Shown here in pieces: positions 28,047 through 37,061 of a stretch of 58,451 nucleotides of DNA. Origin of the DNA: a virus (lineage: Duplodnaviria > Caudoviricetes). Position 1 is the first letter of the stretch; every line of letters starts with the position of its first letter. A model generated the notes under the pieces. The model did no database searches. It saw only the letters and a list, made by a program, of their open reading frames with translations, and was not told the origin of the DNA. The stretch spans positions 1-58,451 of the IMG/VR virus record IMGVR_UViG_3300031669_000033; one strand, written 5' to 3'. Made by a program: the position numbers and the translations under genes.

Positions 28047-28613
28047 TCAGGGCTGGCTGGTGGTGGGAGCGGCATCCTCGTTCGGCACGCGTTGGACGTA
28101 GGCAAGGCTGCAGTGAGGCGAGCAGTAGGGCCGGCCGGTCTCGGAGGGCGCGCTACACATTCGGAAGGTCGGTGTCCCAGGCTCGCCGATCGGCCATTGG
28201 CAGGAATGGGCCGGCCTGAGCGCGCCGGCCGGGGGGTAATGGCGGATCCGGGGTGCAGGAGGTTCGCGGGGGGCGGGCGGCGTGTCACGCCATGCCGGTG
28301 TCTGTGCCAGCGCGCGGGGTGCGGGGCGTGCGGATTCCGTCAACGATGGGAGCGTACGCTTGCCGGGATCGGGGATCTGGCGCCAGCGCACTGCCTGGGG
28401 GCGCCCGCTTCCGGCGGGACGGATAGGGCTCGGACGCGGCGGAAGTTTCATGCGGTGGATCTTGCCGATCACGGACGCGGGCGACCGATCCAGGGCGAGG
28501 CCGATCTGCCCACCGGTTTTTCCGTCTGCCCACATCTCGGCGATTTGACGCAGTTCCATTTCGGTGAACGGTTTGCGGTCTTGGCTTCTAGGTGAAGCTC
28601 TTAGACTTGGCAT
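28047..28613 (-). CDS. gcrA: GcrA-like cell-cycle regulator
   Basis: W.DG....QI...L..S..SVIGKIHRM.L N-domain and CQWPIGEP....F..C......PYC..H...AY C-domain. Confidence 0.9.
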   Translation of the reverse strand: MPSLRASPRSQDRKPFTEMELRQIAEMWADGKTGGQIGLALDRSPASVIGKIHRMKLPPRPSPIRPAGSGRPQAVRWRQIPDPGKRTLPSLTESARPAPRALAQTPAWRDTPPAPREPPAPRIRHYPPAGALRPAHSCQWPIGEPGTPTFRMCSAPSETGRPYCSPHCSLAYVQRVPNEDAAPTTSQP

Positions 28614-30438
28614 CGGATGCCTCCTTGATGAGTTCGGTCAGTTCGGGGCGGTTGTGTTCGGTCAGGCGTCGCATGCCGACGCCGACGGCGGGGTTCTTGG
28701 ACAGCTGGGTGAGGTCGTAATGGCTCTTGGTCCGGTTGATCTGCAGCACCATATCGCGCGCCCATTCGAGGTCGTGATCGGTCTCCGGCGTTGTGTCGGT
28801 CGGGTGTTCCTCGGTGGGACTCGGCTTGGTGGTCTGCTCTGCAGCGGTCGGCTTCGGCGTTTCCGGGTCGGTCTCCGCCTGGGCCGCTGTCTCCTGCTCG
28901 GTGTCGGCAGCGGGCTCGGGCATCATGCGCGCGTTGATCAGCGCATGAACGGAGCGGCGGGTTCCGGATGGGAGGGGCGCATAGGTTGCGCTGTTGGCGG
29001 CGTTCCAGGCGCGTGCCTGCTCGGGCGTGAGGTCGGCGACGGCGGCCTTCACCGCGGCGATGTAGCCAGCAAGGTCCATCCGGGTGCCACGCATCGGCAT
29101 GCGGACGATAGGCACGGCCGCGGCGTTGGCATCGGACTGCGGCATCGCCTGGTCGAGTGCGGCGATCACCGCCTGGGCATCGTGGTGGTGTTCGGCAATC
29201 GCGGTCAGGGAGTCCTCGTTATTCTCGCGCAGGGTCGGCCGATCGGCTGCCTTATTCCAGATGCTGGCGTACGCTTCCGCCCATGCGACGGGGTCGGTGA
29301 AGCGGCCATCTTTGCCGTGATCGGTGAGTTCGCCGTTCTCGTCGCAGAGATATCCTTCGAACGGCACCGCTTGTGGCTGCTGCGTGGGCGGCGCGGCCTG
29401 GTGCTGCTGATGCTGGCGCTGGTCGGTCTGCTGCGGCTGCTGGCGCTCCGTCTGCTGCTGCTGGTCGCGCGGATCCTGCTGGGGTTCCTCGTCGTTGTTG
29501 GGGACGCGGATGCCGAATCCGGTATCGGCGCCGGGCTCTGCCTCGGTAATGTCGATGGTCTGGTCGACCACGGTGCCGCCTTCCAGGACGCTGCCGAAGT
29601 TCACCCGGGCGCCGCGGTCGCCGGCTTCATCGATTGCGGCAGCGCCGGCCAGTTCCAGGGATCGGGGGATCCAGGTCGAAAGGCGAAGGAAGGCGGTCTT
29701 CATCGCCATCGGGATGATGTGCTTCACCCACGGTGTCTCGGTATATCCAGCCGGGAGTTTCCATCCTTTTGTCTCGGCATTTTCCTTCATGGCCAGGGCG
29801 GCCTGATATCCCTGGCTGCCGTTGCGCGTGCGCAGAATCTCGGTCCAGGGCATCACGCGGAAAGGCGGTTCTCCGGCAGCGGCTCCGGTCAGGTGCGCGA
29901 CCGAATAGGCATGTGTGGGGAGCGCATCGTCGGGATGGTTGCCGGTCGGGCGGTGCGCAAGGTTCTGGCGGCTTCCATAAACGTAATCGAATTCATCGCC
30001 CGGGTAGACGACATCGCTATGAACGGCGCCGACGAGGCCGGATCGGAAGGCGAGGGAAAGATAGCCTTTATATCCGATGATGACCGTCAGGTCGTATCCC
30101 TGCAGTTCGCGCTGGCGGGTGGCGGGGTTCCATTTGTTCCGGGCGAACGGGATCAAATAGGCTTCGCCCAGGGCGTTGTTCGGCATCAGGCCAAGCTGGG
30201 ACAGGGTCAGGAAGGCGCCGATTGCCTGGCGCGTCTCCACCTTCATCAGCAGGGGGGTGCGCGTCACCGCCTGGACGAAGGTGCGCAGCATGGCGTTGGC
30301 ATTGAGGTGCTGCGGCAGACCCTGCTTGACGCGGTCCATGAATTCTCCGGACTGGAAGGCGTCGCCCAGGCTCTTGCAGTCCTTCAGCGCGATGCTGTTG
30401 GCGCGGGTCGGCATCTGTGCCGGGACGTTGTCGCTCAT
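28588..30438 (-). CDS. recT: RecT-family single-strand annealing protein with a long C-terminal extension
   Basis: LGL.P...LGEAYLIPF, IIGYKG..LA.RSG, VY.GDEF and PW......MA.KT motifs. Confidence 0.9.
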   Translation of the reverse strand: MSDNVPAQMPTRANSIALKDCKSLGDAFQSGEFMDRVKQGLPQHLNANAMLRTFVQAVTRTPLLMKVETRQAIGAFLTLSQLGLMPNNALGEAYLIPFARNKWNPATRQRELQGYDLTVIIGYKGYLSLAFRSGLVGAVHSDVVYPGDEFDYVYGSRQNLAHRPTGNHPDDALPTHAYSVAHLTGAAAGEPPFRVMPWTEILRTRNGSQGYQAALAMKENAETKGWKLPAGYTETPWVKHIIPMAMKTAFLRLSTWIPRSLELAGAAAIDEAGDRGARVNFGSVLEGGTVVDQTIDITEAEPGADTGFGIRVPNNDEEPQQDPRDQQQQTERQQPQQTDQRQHQQHQAAPPTQQPQAVPFEGYLCDENGELTDHGKDGRFTDPVAWAEAYASIWNKAADRPTLRENNEDSLTAIAEHHHDAQAVIAALDQAMPQSDANAAAVPIVRMPMRGTRMDLAGYIAAVKAAVADLTPEQARAWNAANSATYAPLPSGTRRSVHALINARMMPEPAADTEQETAAQAETDPETPKPTAAEQTTKPSPTEEHPTDTTPETDHDLEWARDMVLQINRTKSHYDLTQLSKNPAVGVGMRRLTEHNRPELTELIKEASDAKSKSFT

Positions 30439-30671
30439 GCTGTCTGTCCTTCGTTGGGGGGTATCGGCGCCACGGCGGGGAGGTCCAGTTCGGGACCGTC
30501 GGGCTCGTCCTGGCCGGCCGGAATGGGGACCGGGACGCCGGCGCAGATGCGCCAGCCGCGGGCGTGCATCTGCGTCAGGAACTGGTCGGCGCGCTGGCGG
30601 CGCTTGCCTTGCGTGGCGGCCAGAGAGTCGGCGGTATCGTCCAGCAGCTTGAGGGCGTCGTAGCTGTCCAT
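30435..30671 (-). CDS. hypothetical protein
   Basis: 78-aa ORF coupled to recT. Confidence 0.65.
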   Translation of the reverse strand: MDSYDALKLLDDTADSLAATQGKRRQRADQFLTQMHARGWRICAGVPVPIPAGQDEPDGPELDLPAVAPIPPNEGQTA

Positions 30672-30672
30672 A

Positions 30673-31332
30673 TCAGGCGCTCGCTTCAGGTGTTACGGGG
30701 GTGGTGGCAGGCATCGGTCGGTTCTTGGCATAATGCACTTCGGGCGCGGGCAGGGCGTTCATCGGGATCATTTTCCGCAAGATCCGGAGCGCGGCCAGCG
30801 CATCGATTTCGGAGTGGTGCGGGCCTTCAATATCCTCGCGGAAAAAGTGGCGGATGACGTCGGAGAGCTTGGGAAAGCCTTTCTTCTTCTCGCCGGCCTT
30901 CTCGATCTTCAGTTTGTGCGCGGCGCGCATCAGGCAGATGTTCGGGGTCTGCTCGAACAGATCGGGGAGGTTAGCGCGGCGGTATTCGCCGCGGATGACC
31001 TTGGTGTCAAACTGCGCGTTATAGGCAACGACGATCCAGCCGGTTAGCACCTTCTCGGTGTAGTAGGCCAGCACCGAACCGATGGAGACGCCGGTGTCCA
31101 TGCAGGTTTGCGTGGTGAGACCGTTGATCGCGGTGACTTCGGGGGCAATCTCCCAGCCATCGGGACGCACCAGGGTGGAGAACATCTCGGGCGTCTCGTC
31201 GGGCGGGGTGGTGTCGGTGTCGAATTCCAACGCGGTGAATGAGGCCAGCCGGGGCTGCTCCGGCGCATCGGCCGGCAGGGCGAAATTGAACAGGCCGGAG
31301 GTCTCGGTATCGATGACGAGGTATCGGGGCAT
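30673..31332 (-). CDS. DEDDh 3'-5' exonuclease (DnaQ-like)
   Basis: IDTETSG, VAYNAQFD and H.SE.DA motifs. Confidence 0.9.
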   Translation of the reverse strand: MPRYLVIDTETSGLFNFALPADAPEQPRLASFTALEFDTDTTPPDETPEMFSTLVRPDGWEIAPEVTAINGLTTQTCMDTGVSIGSVLAYYTEKVLTGWIVVAYNAQFDTKVIRGEYRRANLPDLFEQTPNICLMRAAHKLKIEKAGEKKKGFPKLSDVIRHFFREDIEGPHHSEIDALAALRILRKMIPMNALPAPEVHYAKNRPMPATTPVTPEASA

Positions 31333-31382
31333 AGGGGGCTCCTAGAGGGGAAAGCGGCCGGCATGGCCGCGGGTGGTGGGGT

Positions 31383-32213
31383 TCAGCGGACGTTGATGCT
31401 GCCGGTCTCGATGAAGCGGAGGCCGGGCAGATCGGCCTGGTTCTTGTCCTTCGCCATCGCGTCCAGGATGGTCGTGTTCGGCATCAGGACATTCGACGGG
31501 GCATCGCCGGCGGCAACGGCACGCACCAGGGCGGCGAGGTTGTCCAGTTCCCAGGTGCGGCGCATGCGCAGGCTGGCGGTCGAGCCAAGGTCGGAGCGCA
31601 CGCGGGTGAGGTCGGCCGGCCTGGCGCGGGCGGCGGCGGCAGCATCGATCGCGGCCTGCTCTGCCTCCACGGCGCGGGCGAGGGTCTCGGGGCTTTCCTC
31701 CTGCTCCAGCGCGGCGGCCTGGCGCGCGGCTTCCTCGGCCTGGCGCCGGGCTTCTTCCTCGCGGACGCGTCGTGCCTCGGCGGCCTGCTTCGTGGCGTAG
31801 GCGGTCATCAAGGCGGCCACCTTGGTGCGGGCCGCTTCGAGGACGTCGACCATGTTCTTTTTGAAGAATCCGTCGATCTGCCGCTGGGCGGCCAGGACCG
31901 GCGCCTTCACATCGGTGCGCAGCTTGTCGATGTCCTGCTCGGCCGTGCGAAGCTGGCGCACGAAGTCGGCCGCTTTGCTCTGCGTGCTGTCGTCGGGGAT
32001 GCCGTTGGCATAGGACGCAAGAAACCGGTCATAGGCGGCCTTGAGGTCCGTGACGCGCTTCTGGCGGTCGGCATAGAGGGTGGTGAGGCTCCTGGCGATG
32101 TCCTCGGGGTTCAGCAGGAGATCCAGGCTGACGGTGCCGCTGTTGTCGCCCATCGCCGGCGGAGGGGCCGGGCTGATCGGGTCGGGAGCGGCGGGGTTCG
32201 GGCGTTTGGCCAT
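31383..32213 (-). CDS. coiled-coil phage protein of the recombination arm
   Basis: R...K.P.L...R.ID.FF and terminal PG.RF....I.VR motifs. Confidence 0.7.
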   Translation of the reverse strand: MAKRPNPAAPDPISPAPPPAMGDNSGTVSLDLLLNPEDIARSLTTLYADRQKRVTDLKAAYDRFLASYANGIPDDSTQSKAADFVRQLRTAEQDIDKLRTDVKAPVLAAQRQIDGFFKKNMVDVLEAARTKVAALMTAYATKQAAEARRVREEEARRQAEEAARQAAALEQEESPETLARAVEAEQAAIDAAAAARARPADLTRVRSDLGSTASLRMRRTWELDNLAALVRAVAAGDAPSNVLMPNTTILDAMAKDKNQADLPGLRFIETGSINVR

Positions 32214-32224
32214 GTGGGCAGTCC

Positions 32225-32566
32225 TCAAAAAACGGGGGGAAGGCGGCGGAGGTCGATCGGCTTCTCCGGCTGTGCCGCTGGATGGTCCGGAGAATGGGTG
32301 CGTGCCCAGCGGGCAAGCTGCAGGTGATAGTCGTATTCAGCCGGCGTGCAGCGGCGCCCGCCGATCCAGATGCGTTCGACGCCGGCGGCGCGGAACCATT
32401 CGGGGGCGGGGGGATCCTGCTCGGCGCCGTCGATCGTCGCGCGCCAGAGGTTGTCGGTGTAGGCGATGCGGGCTGCCACGAATGGGCCGCCGCGCACCAG
32501 CCGCAAGAGGAAATGGCCGGTCTCCGGCTGATCGACGCGGCGAGGCGCTTCCTCCTGGCGGTTCAT
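32225..32566 (-). CDS. hypothetical protein
   Basis: P..G.F..RLVRGGP.V.ARI motif; ATGA overlap with the upstream gene. Confidence 0.7.
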   Translation of the reverse strand: MNRQEEAPRRVDQPETGHFLLRLVRGGPFVAARIAYTDNLWRATIDGAEQDPPAPEWFRAAGVERIWIGGRRCTPAEYDYHLQLARWARTHSPDHPAAQPEKPIDLRRLPPVF

Positions 32567-32904
32567 GCGGCTGGGGCGCCGTGCGCCATCACCGCGTGCA
32601 TGGTCAGCGCATCGTCGGTGCGGAAGTATTTCTTGCAGGTCCGGCACTGTACGCGGTGCTTCTGCATCTGGTGGTCATGCAAGCCGCGCTTGGTGGTGAA
32701 GGGGCGCCGGTTGCAGTCGTGGCACTGGTAAGTTCCGGCCGGCCGCTTCTTGGTCGGCTCGGGCGCGTCGCACTCGTAATCGCTGGACTCGCCGTTGCAG
32801 CCGCAGGAGACCGGGAAGCCGAGACCGGCATCCTCTCCCATGTATTGGCCGCAGTCCTGGCACAGCGTTCCGTCCAGCATCATTTCGGCAATTTCGCCGG
32901 GCAT
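32563..32904 (-). CDS. zinc-finger protein with two tandem C2H2-like fingers
   Basis: GEIAEMMLDGTLC..CG N-terminus; YQCHDC...F.....L..H...KH and VQCRTC.K.F.....L..H....H. Confidence 0.75.
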   Translation of the reverse strand: MPGEIAEMMLDGTLCQDCGQYMGEDAGLGFPVSCGCNGESSDYECDAPEPTKKRPAGTYQCHDCNRRPFTTKRGLHDHQMQKHRVQCRTCKKYFRTDDALTMHAVMAHGAPAA

Positions 32905-32918
32905 GGTTTGGTTCCTTT

Positions 32919-33257
32919 TCAGTTCGGCTTCGTGCCGGGCCGGAGGTGGGCCATCGCGCGGTTGATGGAGAGCATCCGGAGAATGTGGCTCGCCAGCATG
33001 CAATCGCGATCGATGTCGACGCGCTCGTCGGCCCAGCAGCCTTCCAGCGCCTGGAACAGAATATTGGCGGCGGCGAGGGCCAGTTCCGTGCCCGGGGTGT
33101 GGCGGCTGTTGATGACCTGGGCGAGCCGGTGGTTGAGGTCGGCCAACTGGCCACGGTCGACGTGATCGAGCATTTCGGCGAGGGCCTGCTGGCACACCAT
33201 CGAGAGCGCAATGTGCTTTGCCTGGGTGTCGGTGGTCGTTTCGGGTTTGTCGGCCAT
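32919..33257 (-). CDS. hypothetical protein
   Basis: AAGGA RBS before MADKPET. Confidence 0.65.
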   Translation of the reverse strand: MADKPETTTDTQAKHIALSMVCQQALAEMLDHVDRGQLADLNHRLAQVINSRHTPGTELALAAANILFQALEGCWADERVDIDRDCMLASHILRMLSINRAMAHLRPGTKPN

Positions 33258-33282
33258 ATGACAATCCTTCGCGGATGGGGGA

Positions 33283-33486
33283 TCAGAAGGGGCGGCGCGT
33301 CGGGTCGCGCCAGAACTGGATGGCCGAGGCCCATTCGATGCGGACTTCTCGGCAGGCGTTCTTCCATGTGTCGTAGCTGCCGCGGATGAGTGCCTGGAGG
33401 AAGGCATAGACGAGGATGAAGGGAAGACCCACCGCGAGGGCCGTTCGGGTGGCGATCAGGAAAAACATACTGCGGCGTCGGGTCAT
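33283..33486 (-). CDS. small membrane protein
   Basis: Hydrophobic segment; ATGA overlap. Confidence 0.55.
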   Translation of the reverse strand: MTRRRSMFFLIATRTALAVGLPFILVYAFLQALIRGSYDTWKNACREVRIEWASAIQFWRDPTRRPF

Positions 33487-33755
33487 AGGTCGTTCCAGTC
33501 GTCGGGGGTGACGGTTTCCAGGGGGGTGCCGCGGCGCCGGCCGGCTATCGTGCGTCTCTGCATCTTCTCGATGCGCAGGCAGCCGCATGATCGGACGGCG
33601 CGGCTGGTGAGGCGGGTAGTCGGCACGATGACCTTGGCGCCGCAGCTGCACCGGCATACCCATCCGCCTGGGATGGTCGGCGTCTGGTGCTGGTATTCGC
33701 CCACCGTGAGGCGCCCGAAGGTCTGGCCGGTTAGGTGCGGGGTCGTGCGTGCCAC
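33483..33755 (-). CDS. GxxFGRLTV / Cys-rich domain protein (usually attached to HNH/AP2 endonucleases)
   Basis: LTGQTFGRLTV...WVCRCSCG...SCGC; stands alone here. Confidence 0.7.
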   Translation of the reverse strand: MARTTPHLTGQTFGRLTVGEYQHQTPTIPGGWVCRCSCGAKVIVPTTRLTSRAVRSCGCLRIEKMQRRTIAGRRRGTPLETVTPDDWNDL

Positions 33756-33771
33756 TGTCGCTTGTCTGCGG

Positions 33772-34257
33772 TCAGGCGCTGGTGGCGCTGCGCGGGCTGG
33801 CGCTGTTCAGCACCATGCGTGCCCATATCTGGCATTGCCGGGTCACCAGAACCATGCATCTGCCATCCTCCGATTGGATCTCGGTGCCGGGCTCGGCAAG
33901 CAGCAGGCGCTCGGGCCAGTTTCCTCCGATGGGTGACGCGATCGGTCGTGCCTCCTGCTGGTATCCCCACACGCGCGCAACCAGGGATCGCCAATTGCGG
34001 CAGCCGGCGCGGGTGCTGGCCTGGCGCGCGACGCCGGGGTCGCGCAGGATGGCGAGGGCATTGGTCACGCTGGCGGCGTCGCCGGAGACCAGTTCAAATC
34101 CGCCATACGGGCGCCGATAGACGGCCGTGCGCTCGGGCGCGAAGGAAGCGCGCAGGATGGCGACGGCGTAGCAGGCATGTTCGACGTTCTGCAGCGTCTG
34201 CGCATGCGGGTGCAGCGGCGGTTCGGTGTGCAGCGGCGGCGGGGTGTAGAATCGCAT
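33772..34257 (-). CDS. hypothetical protein
   Basis: MRFYTPPPL...; TGATG coupling to the upstream gene. Confidence 0.6.
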   Translation of the reverse strand: MRFYTPPPLHTEPPLHPHAQTLQNVEHACYAVAILRASFAPERTAVYRRPYGGFELVSGDAASVTNALAILRDPGVARQASTRAGCRNWRSLVARVWGYQQEARPIASPIGGNWPERLLLAEPGTEIQSEDGRCMVLVTRQCQIWARMVLNSASPRSATSA

Positions 34258-34433
34258 CACGCAGCCTCTGCCGTGGTGGTCAGGGGCTGTTCCTCGACCG
34301 TGGCAACGAGGCCCGGGACCATCGCCATCAACTGGTTTTTCAGCGCGGTAGCGGAAAGGAACGAGGACCGCTGATATTGCTGCGGCGGTCCATCGGGCGG
34401 CGTGGAAGTGATCAAATATCGTGGCTTGCCCAT
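34257..34433 (-). CDS. small hypothetical protein, first gene of the leftward arm (58 aa, not in the ORF track)
   Basis: AAGGAG RBS; MGKPRYLITSTPPDGPPQQYQRSS...TAEAA*. Confidence 0.7.
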   Translation of the reverse strand: MGKPRYLITSTPPDGPPQQYQRSSFLSATALKNQLMAMVPGLVATVEEQPLTTTAEAA

Positions 34434-34555
34434 TTGCTCGGCTCCTTATTCCTGGACGCACACTGTCCCATGTGGGTGAACAAAACAATGGAAAACGTCG
34501 GTAATTTCGCGCAAATATGTTGCGACGGTCTCTGGCATGGTGATAGGGCAGATGC

Positions 34556-34783
34556 ATGGAAAATGACGGCATGAAATTGATCCGGACGAAATGGGGCACG
34601 CTTTCCCTGATCGCGCGGGAGCTGGGCGTATCGCGGTCGGTGGTCTCCGGCTGGCGCGCGGTGCCGGCCGAGAGGTTGCTCGAGATCGAGCGGATCACCG
34701 GCATCCCGCGGGAGGTGCTGCGGCCTGAGCTGTATGATTTTTCCGGCAGGACCGTGTTGGCGGTCTCGGTCGCTCCGAAGTGA
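34556..34783 (+). CDS. cro: Cro/YdaS-like HTH regulator
   Basis: IARELGVSRSVVSGW..VPAER...IE..TGI.R..LRP.LY. Confidence 0.85.
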   Translation: MENDGMKLIRTKWGTLSLIARELGVSRSVVSGWRAVPAERLLEIERITGIPREVLRPELYDFSGRTVLAVSVAPK

Positions 34784-35076
34784 CGCGGCGCGAGCGGTTC
34801 TGGTTGTGGTGCGGGTTCGGGTACCCATCGGATCCGGTGTTCTCGGCGGATGAGGTCGAGGATCGTCGCTATGTCATCCGGTCGGCTCTGGTGCTGCGAT
34901 TGTCATGGCGTGATCGGCTGCGGTTCCTAGCGGGTTGGGATGTGGCGGTGGTCTCGGTGGTGCAGACGCAAGGCGCTCCGGTGTCGGCGGTGTGCAAGAT
35001 GGCGGCGTCGGTGCTTCCGCCATCCCGGGCGATGACACGACCGACGGCGGGTGGGGAGACGCGGGATGGCGAATGA
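34780..35076 (+). CDS. hypothetical protein
   Basis: GTGA overlap; LSWRDRLR.L motif. Confidence 0.6.
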   Translation: MTRRERFWLWCGFGYPSDPVFSADEVEDRRYVIRSALVLRLSWRDRLRFLAGWDVAVVSVVQTQGAPVSAVCKMAASVLPPSRAMTRPTAGGETRDGE

Positions 35077-35308
35077 GGAGCGGGTTTCGCTCACGGTGAA
35101 GCCGGAGGCGCGGCTTCCGGACAGCCTGGTAGGCCGGGCGATGCTGCTGGGGCCGTGCCGCGCGTGCGGCGCCTCCAGCGCGGCTCCGCAGGTGGTGGCT
35201 TTCGGTGCCCACGGCGCGTGGGTATTTTGCAGTTTCGCGCATGCCACGGAGCATGGCTTTCCGTGGGTGAAGGGCGCAGATCCCGGCCGGGCGGTTCCCG
35301 GATCATAA
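35066..35308 (+). CDS. small Cys-containing hypothetical protein
   Basis: GGAG RBS; CRAC...C..H. Confidence 0.6.
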   Translation: MANEERVSLTVKPEARLPDSLVGRAMLLGPCRACGASSAAPQVVAFGAHGAWVFCSFAHATEHGFPWVKGADPGRAVPGS

Positions 35309-35320
35309 GGGAGTAGATCA

Positions 35321-36007
35321 ATGGCAATTCGGGCGAGTAAGGCGATCGCGGCCGGTGCCTCGAATGTGGATGCGGACGCGGAAGCGCAGTGTCTGATCGA
35401 GGTCATGCGGTTCGACAGCGACATGGGCCGTCTGCGGCAGGCAAAGGGGACCATGCTCAAGCGATTCGAGAGCATGGGCGTCAACATCAAGGGCGTGCAG
35501 CTGGCGGCGCGGCTGTCGAAGGTGGACGATGCGCAGTCGCAGTATCGGGCGAACACGCAGACGCTGCTGCGGCTCAAGATTCTGTCGGTCGATGATACCG
35601 GGCAGGGCTCCTTCATCAAGGGCCTGGAGGTGGTCAAGGCGGCGTCGCCGAAGCTGGAGGACGACGTCAGTCGGGCTCGGGCTCACAGCGATGGCTACAA
35701 CAGCGGCCGTGGCGGAGCGTTGGTGTCGTCCTGCAAGTTCAACGCGGGTTCGGCCGAGTTCGTCGCCTGGCGCGATGGCTGGGAGGATGGGCATAAGGAT
35801 CGGCTGGCGCGCAATCCGGACGCGGAAAAGGTCGTCGTCGCGTCGGGGCGTAAGCGCGGACGGCCGGCCGGGTCCACGAATAAGCCGAAGTCGGACGAAG
35901 GGAAACCGGAGGCGGCAAAGCCGGCAGGGCGCTCCGGCGTCAAGGCGGCTGAATCGGTTCCGGGTGTGGCGACGGACGCCGTTGGCGAGCCGGTCGGTTC
36001 CGCCTAA
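35321..36007 (+). CDS. GapR(DUF2312)-like domain plus RMF-like motif protein
   Basis: K.....G.N.K.....L.K.D helical N-domain; GY..G..G.....C.F.......W..GW.DG; basic KRGRP tail. Confidence 0.6.
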   Translation: MAIRASKAIAAGASNVDADAEAQCLIEVMRFDSDMGRLRQAKGTMLKRFESMGVNIKGVQLAARLSKVDDAQSQYRANTQTLLRLKILSVDDTGQGSFIKGLEVVKAASPKLEDDVSRARAHSDGYNSGRGGALVSSCKFNAGSAEFVAWRDGWEDGHKDRLARNPDAEKVVVASGRKRGRPAGSTNKPKSDEGKPEAAKPAGRSGVKAAESVPGVATDAVGEPVGSA

Positions 36008-36514
36008 GTGAGCGGCGCTCCGGGCGGGCTGCTGGCGCTGGATCTCTCCACGCGGGTCGGCTGGGCGTACGGTGCGGATTTCTCGGCGCCAGCGCACGGT
36101 ATATGGGAATTAAGCGGCGGCGGGACGTCGCTCGGGGCTCGCTGCAGTGCGCTGGCGGAACGGCTCGAGGATGCGATCGCGGTCTTGCAGCCGGGTCTCG
36201 TCATCCTCGAGGCACCGCTTCCTCCGAAGGCGCAGACGGCGATGAATTCGGCGCGCATCCAGTTCGGCCTGGCCGCGGTCGCCGAGATGATCTGCGAAGA
36301 GCAGCATGTGCGTGTCGAGGAGGAAAAAGCGGACACGGTTCGGGGGTTCATCCTCGGGCGCGCTCGGCCGCAAAAGCCGGAGATTGTCGCGTGGTGCAAA
36401 GCGCAGGGCTGGTCGCCGGTCGACCACAACGACGGCGATGCGCTGATGCTCTGGCGGTATCGGCATATCCTCGGCCGCAGCCGGGTCATGGCCGGGGCTG
36501 GCAGTGCCGGGTGA
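36008..36514 (+). CDS. RuvC-like Holliday junction resolvase
   Basis: LALDLS..VGWA, ILE and DHN..DA. Confidence 0.75.
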   Translation: MSGAPGGLLALDLSTRVGWAYGADFSAPAHGIWELSGGGTSLGARCSALAERLEDAIAVLQPGLVILEAPLPPKAQTAMNSARIQFGLAAVAEMICEEQHVRVEEEKADTVRGFILGRARPQKPEIVAWCKAQGWSPVDHNDGDALMLWRYRHILGRSRVMAGAGSAG

Positions 36515-36530
36515 TCCGTTCCAGAGCAAA

Positions 36531-36561
36531 GCCGGCCGGGGGCGAGGTGCCTCCGGCCGGC
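36531..36561. terminator. GC-rich hairpin between convergent genes
   Basis: GCCGGCCGGGGGC-GAGGT-GCCTCCGGCCGGC. Confidence 0.5.
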
Positions 36562-36581
36562 TCTGGTCGGTGGGTCGAAGA

Positions 36582-36875
36582 TCAGGGAAGCAGGTTGAAT
36601 TCGTTCAGCAGTTCAACGACGCGCATGTTCTGGATCGGCGCTTCGATCTCGGTCTGCATCTGCGAGACCATCGCGTCCTGCTGGGTAACGATGGCGCCTT
36701 CGATATCCCAATCGACCAGTTTGCCCAGGAGCTTGTCGAACAGGGCTTTGGTCGCGTCGCGGCGCCCGGCATCGTCCTCGGGGCCGAATTCAGCCTCGAT
36801 ATTGCGCAAGGCGCCGTTGATGAGCATGTCCAGCGCATGGGCGGCGTGGCGGATGGTCACGGATGGGTTGGTCAT
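36582..36875 (-). CDS. hypothetical protein (moron-like, with its own promoter)
   Basis: AAGGGA RBS; upstream TTGCAC-17-CAAAGT on the minus strand; oriented against its neighbours. Confidence 0.65.
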   Translation of the reverse strand: MTNPSVTIRHAAHALDMLINGALRNIEAEFGPEDDAGRRDATKALFDKLLGKLVDWDIEGAIVTQQDAMVSQMQTEIEAPIQNMRVVELLNEFNLLP

Positions 36876-37061
36876 TTGGGTGTCCCTTTTTCGTTCGCAG
36901 CCGGGGTTGGCTGGTGAGGGAACTTTGTTCGATCGCGTGGAACAGTGCAAGGGGAATTTGTGCCATCTCCTGCACGCGGTTCCATTTGACTCGTCCTTTC
37001 GGACATGGCGTTCTCGCAGTCGAATTCGAACAAACTCTAACCGGGCGGAGAGGATTGGACG

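Noticed and set aside
28564-30663. 699-aa plus-strand ORF and many similar long antisense or shadow ORFs
   Set aside because: They mirror real genes such as recT. High GC depletes stop codons and the translations have no motifs.
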